From: Harriotta raleighana
Taxonomy: Eukaryota
Length of the DNA: 64,000 nucleotides
Direction of reading: 5' to 3'
NCBI GenBank assembly: GCA_050575255.1
Contig: JBNZDD010013484.1
Span: forward strand, 378,575 to 442,574
A program made the translations under genes and the position numbers. The notes beneath the pieces were generated by a model. That model was not told the DNA's origin. It did not search any database and saw only the letters and a program-made list of their open reading frames with translations. Within the stretch, counting starts at the first letter, position 1, and each line of letters starts with the position of its first letter. Positions 63,772 through 64,000 of the stretch are shown in pieces.

Positions 63772-64000
63772 CTGGGAATTCCAACAGAATACATGAATAT
63801 TAATTCACGTGGGAAGGGGAGAACCTTGCAAAACGCCATAGAAAGAAATGAAAAAGAGAAACAACAGGCATCTTTCACACCCCTTTAAAGTGTTGTTATG
63901 TTAACACTTTTTCTCATTGCTTCTAGGGCTACTTGCCCATGCCAGCCAGAAATGACTCTGACTCCATATCCAAACACTGCGGTGCTGATGATGCCATTGT

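Noticed and set aside
63678-63878. ORF-track entry overlapping exon 9
   Set aside because: Wrong frame; the real coding frame is the FHOD3 exon at 63628-63771.
1-64000. CRISPR array, operon or other prokaryotic system
   Set aside because: No regularly spaced repeat-spacer array or dense ORFs. The sequence is spliceosomal vertebrate DNA, and recurring motifs are SINE, LINE and MITE ends.

Overview
This is vertebrate intron-rich genomic DNA, not prokaryotic. The repeat content (tRNA-derived SINEs with L2-type tails, CR1 and L2 LINE fragments, DeuSINE-like fossils) points to a cartilaginous fish, most likely a chimaera such as the elephant shark; this is inference. The whole window lies inside one minus-strand gene, the formin FHOD3. 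Nine coding exons (approximately human exons 9-17) can be read with GT-AG boundaries and matching phases. They include the three exons that are striated/cardiac-muscle-specific in mammals and the coiled-coil exon. The rest is intron, filled with SINEs, LINE fragments, TA-flanked Tigger/pogo-like MITEs and hAT-Charlie-like MITEs. Eight sequence duplications sit directly on single N or NN characters, including a 3.14-kb one, and look like assembly or haplotype artefacts. Most entries in the supplied ORF track are spurious. I see no convincing new biological system. The best leads are two candidate unannotated internal first exons that could give N-terminally truncated FHOD3, a MITE family carrying an expanding polypurine tract, and an unidentified decayed coding frame near 24.2-24.8 kb.
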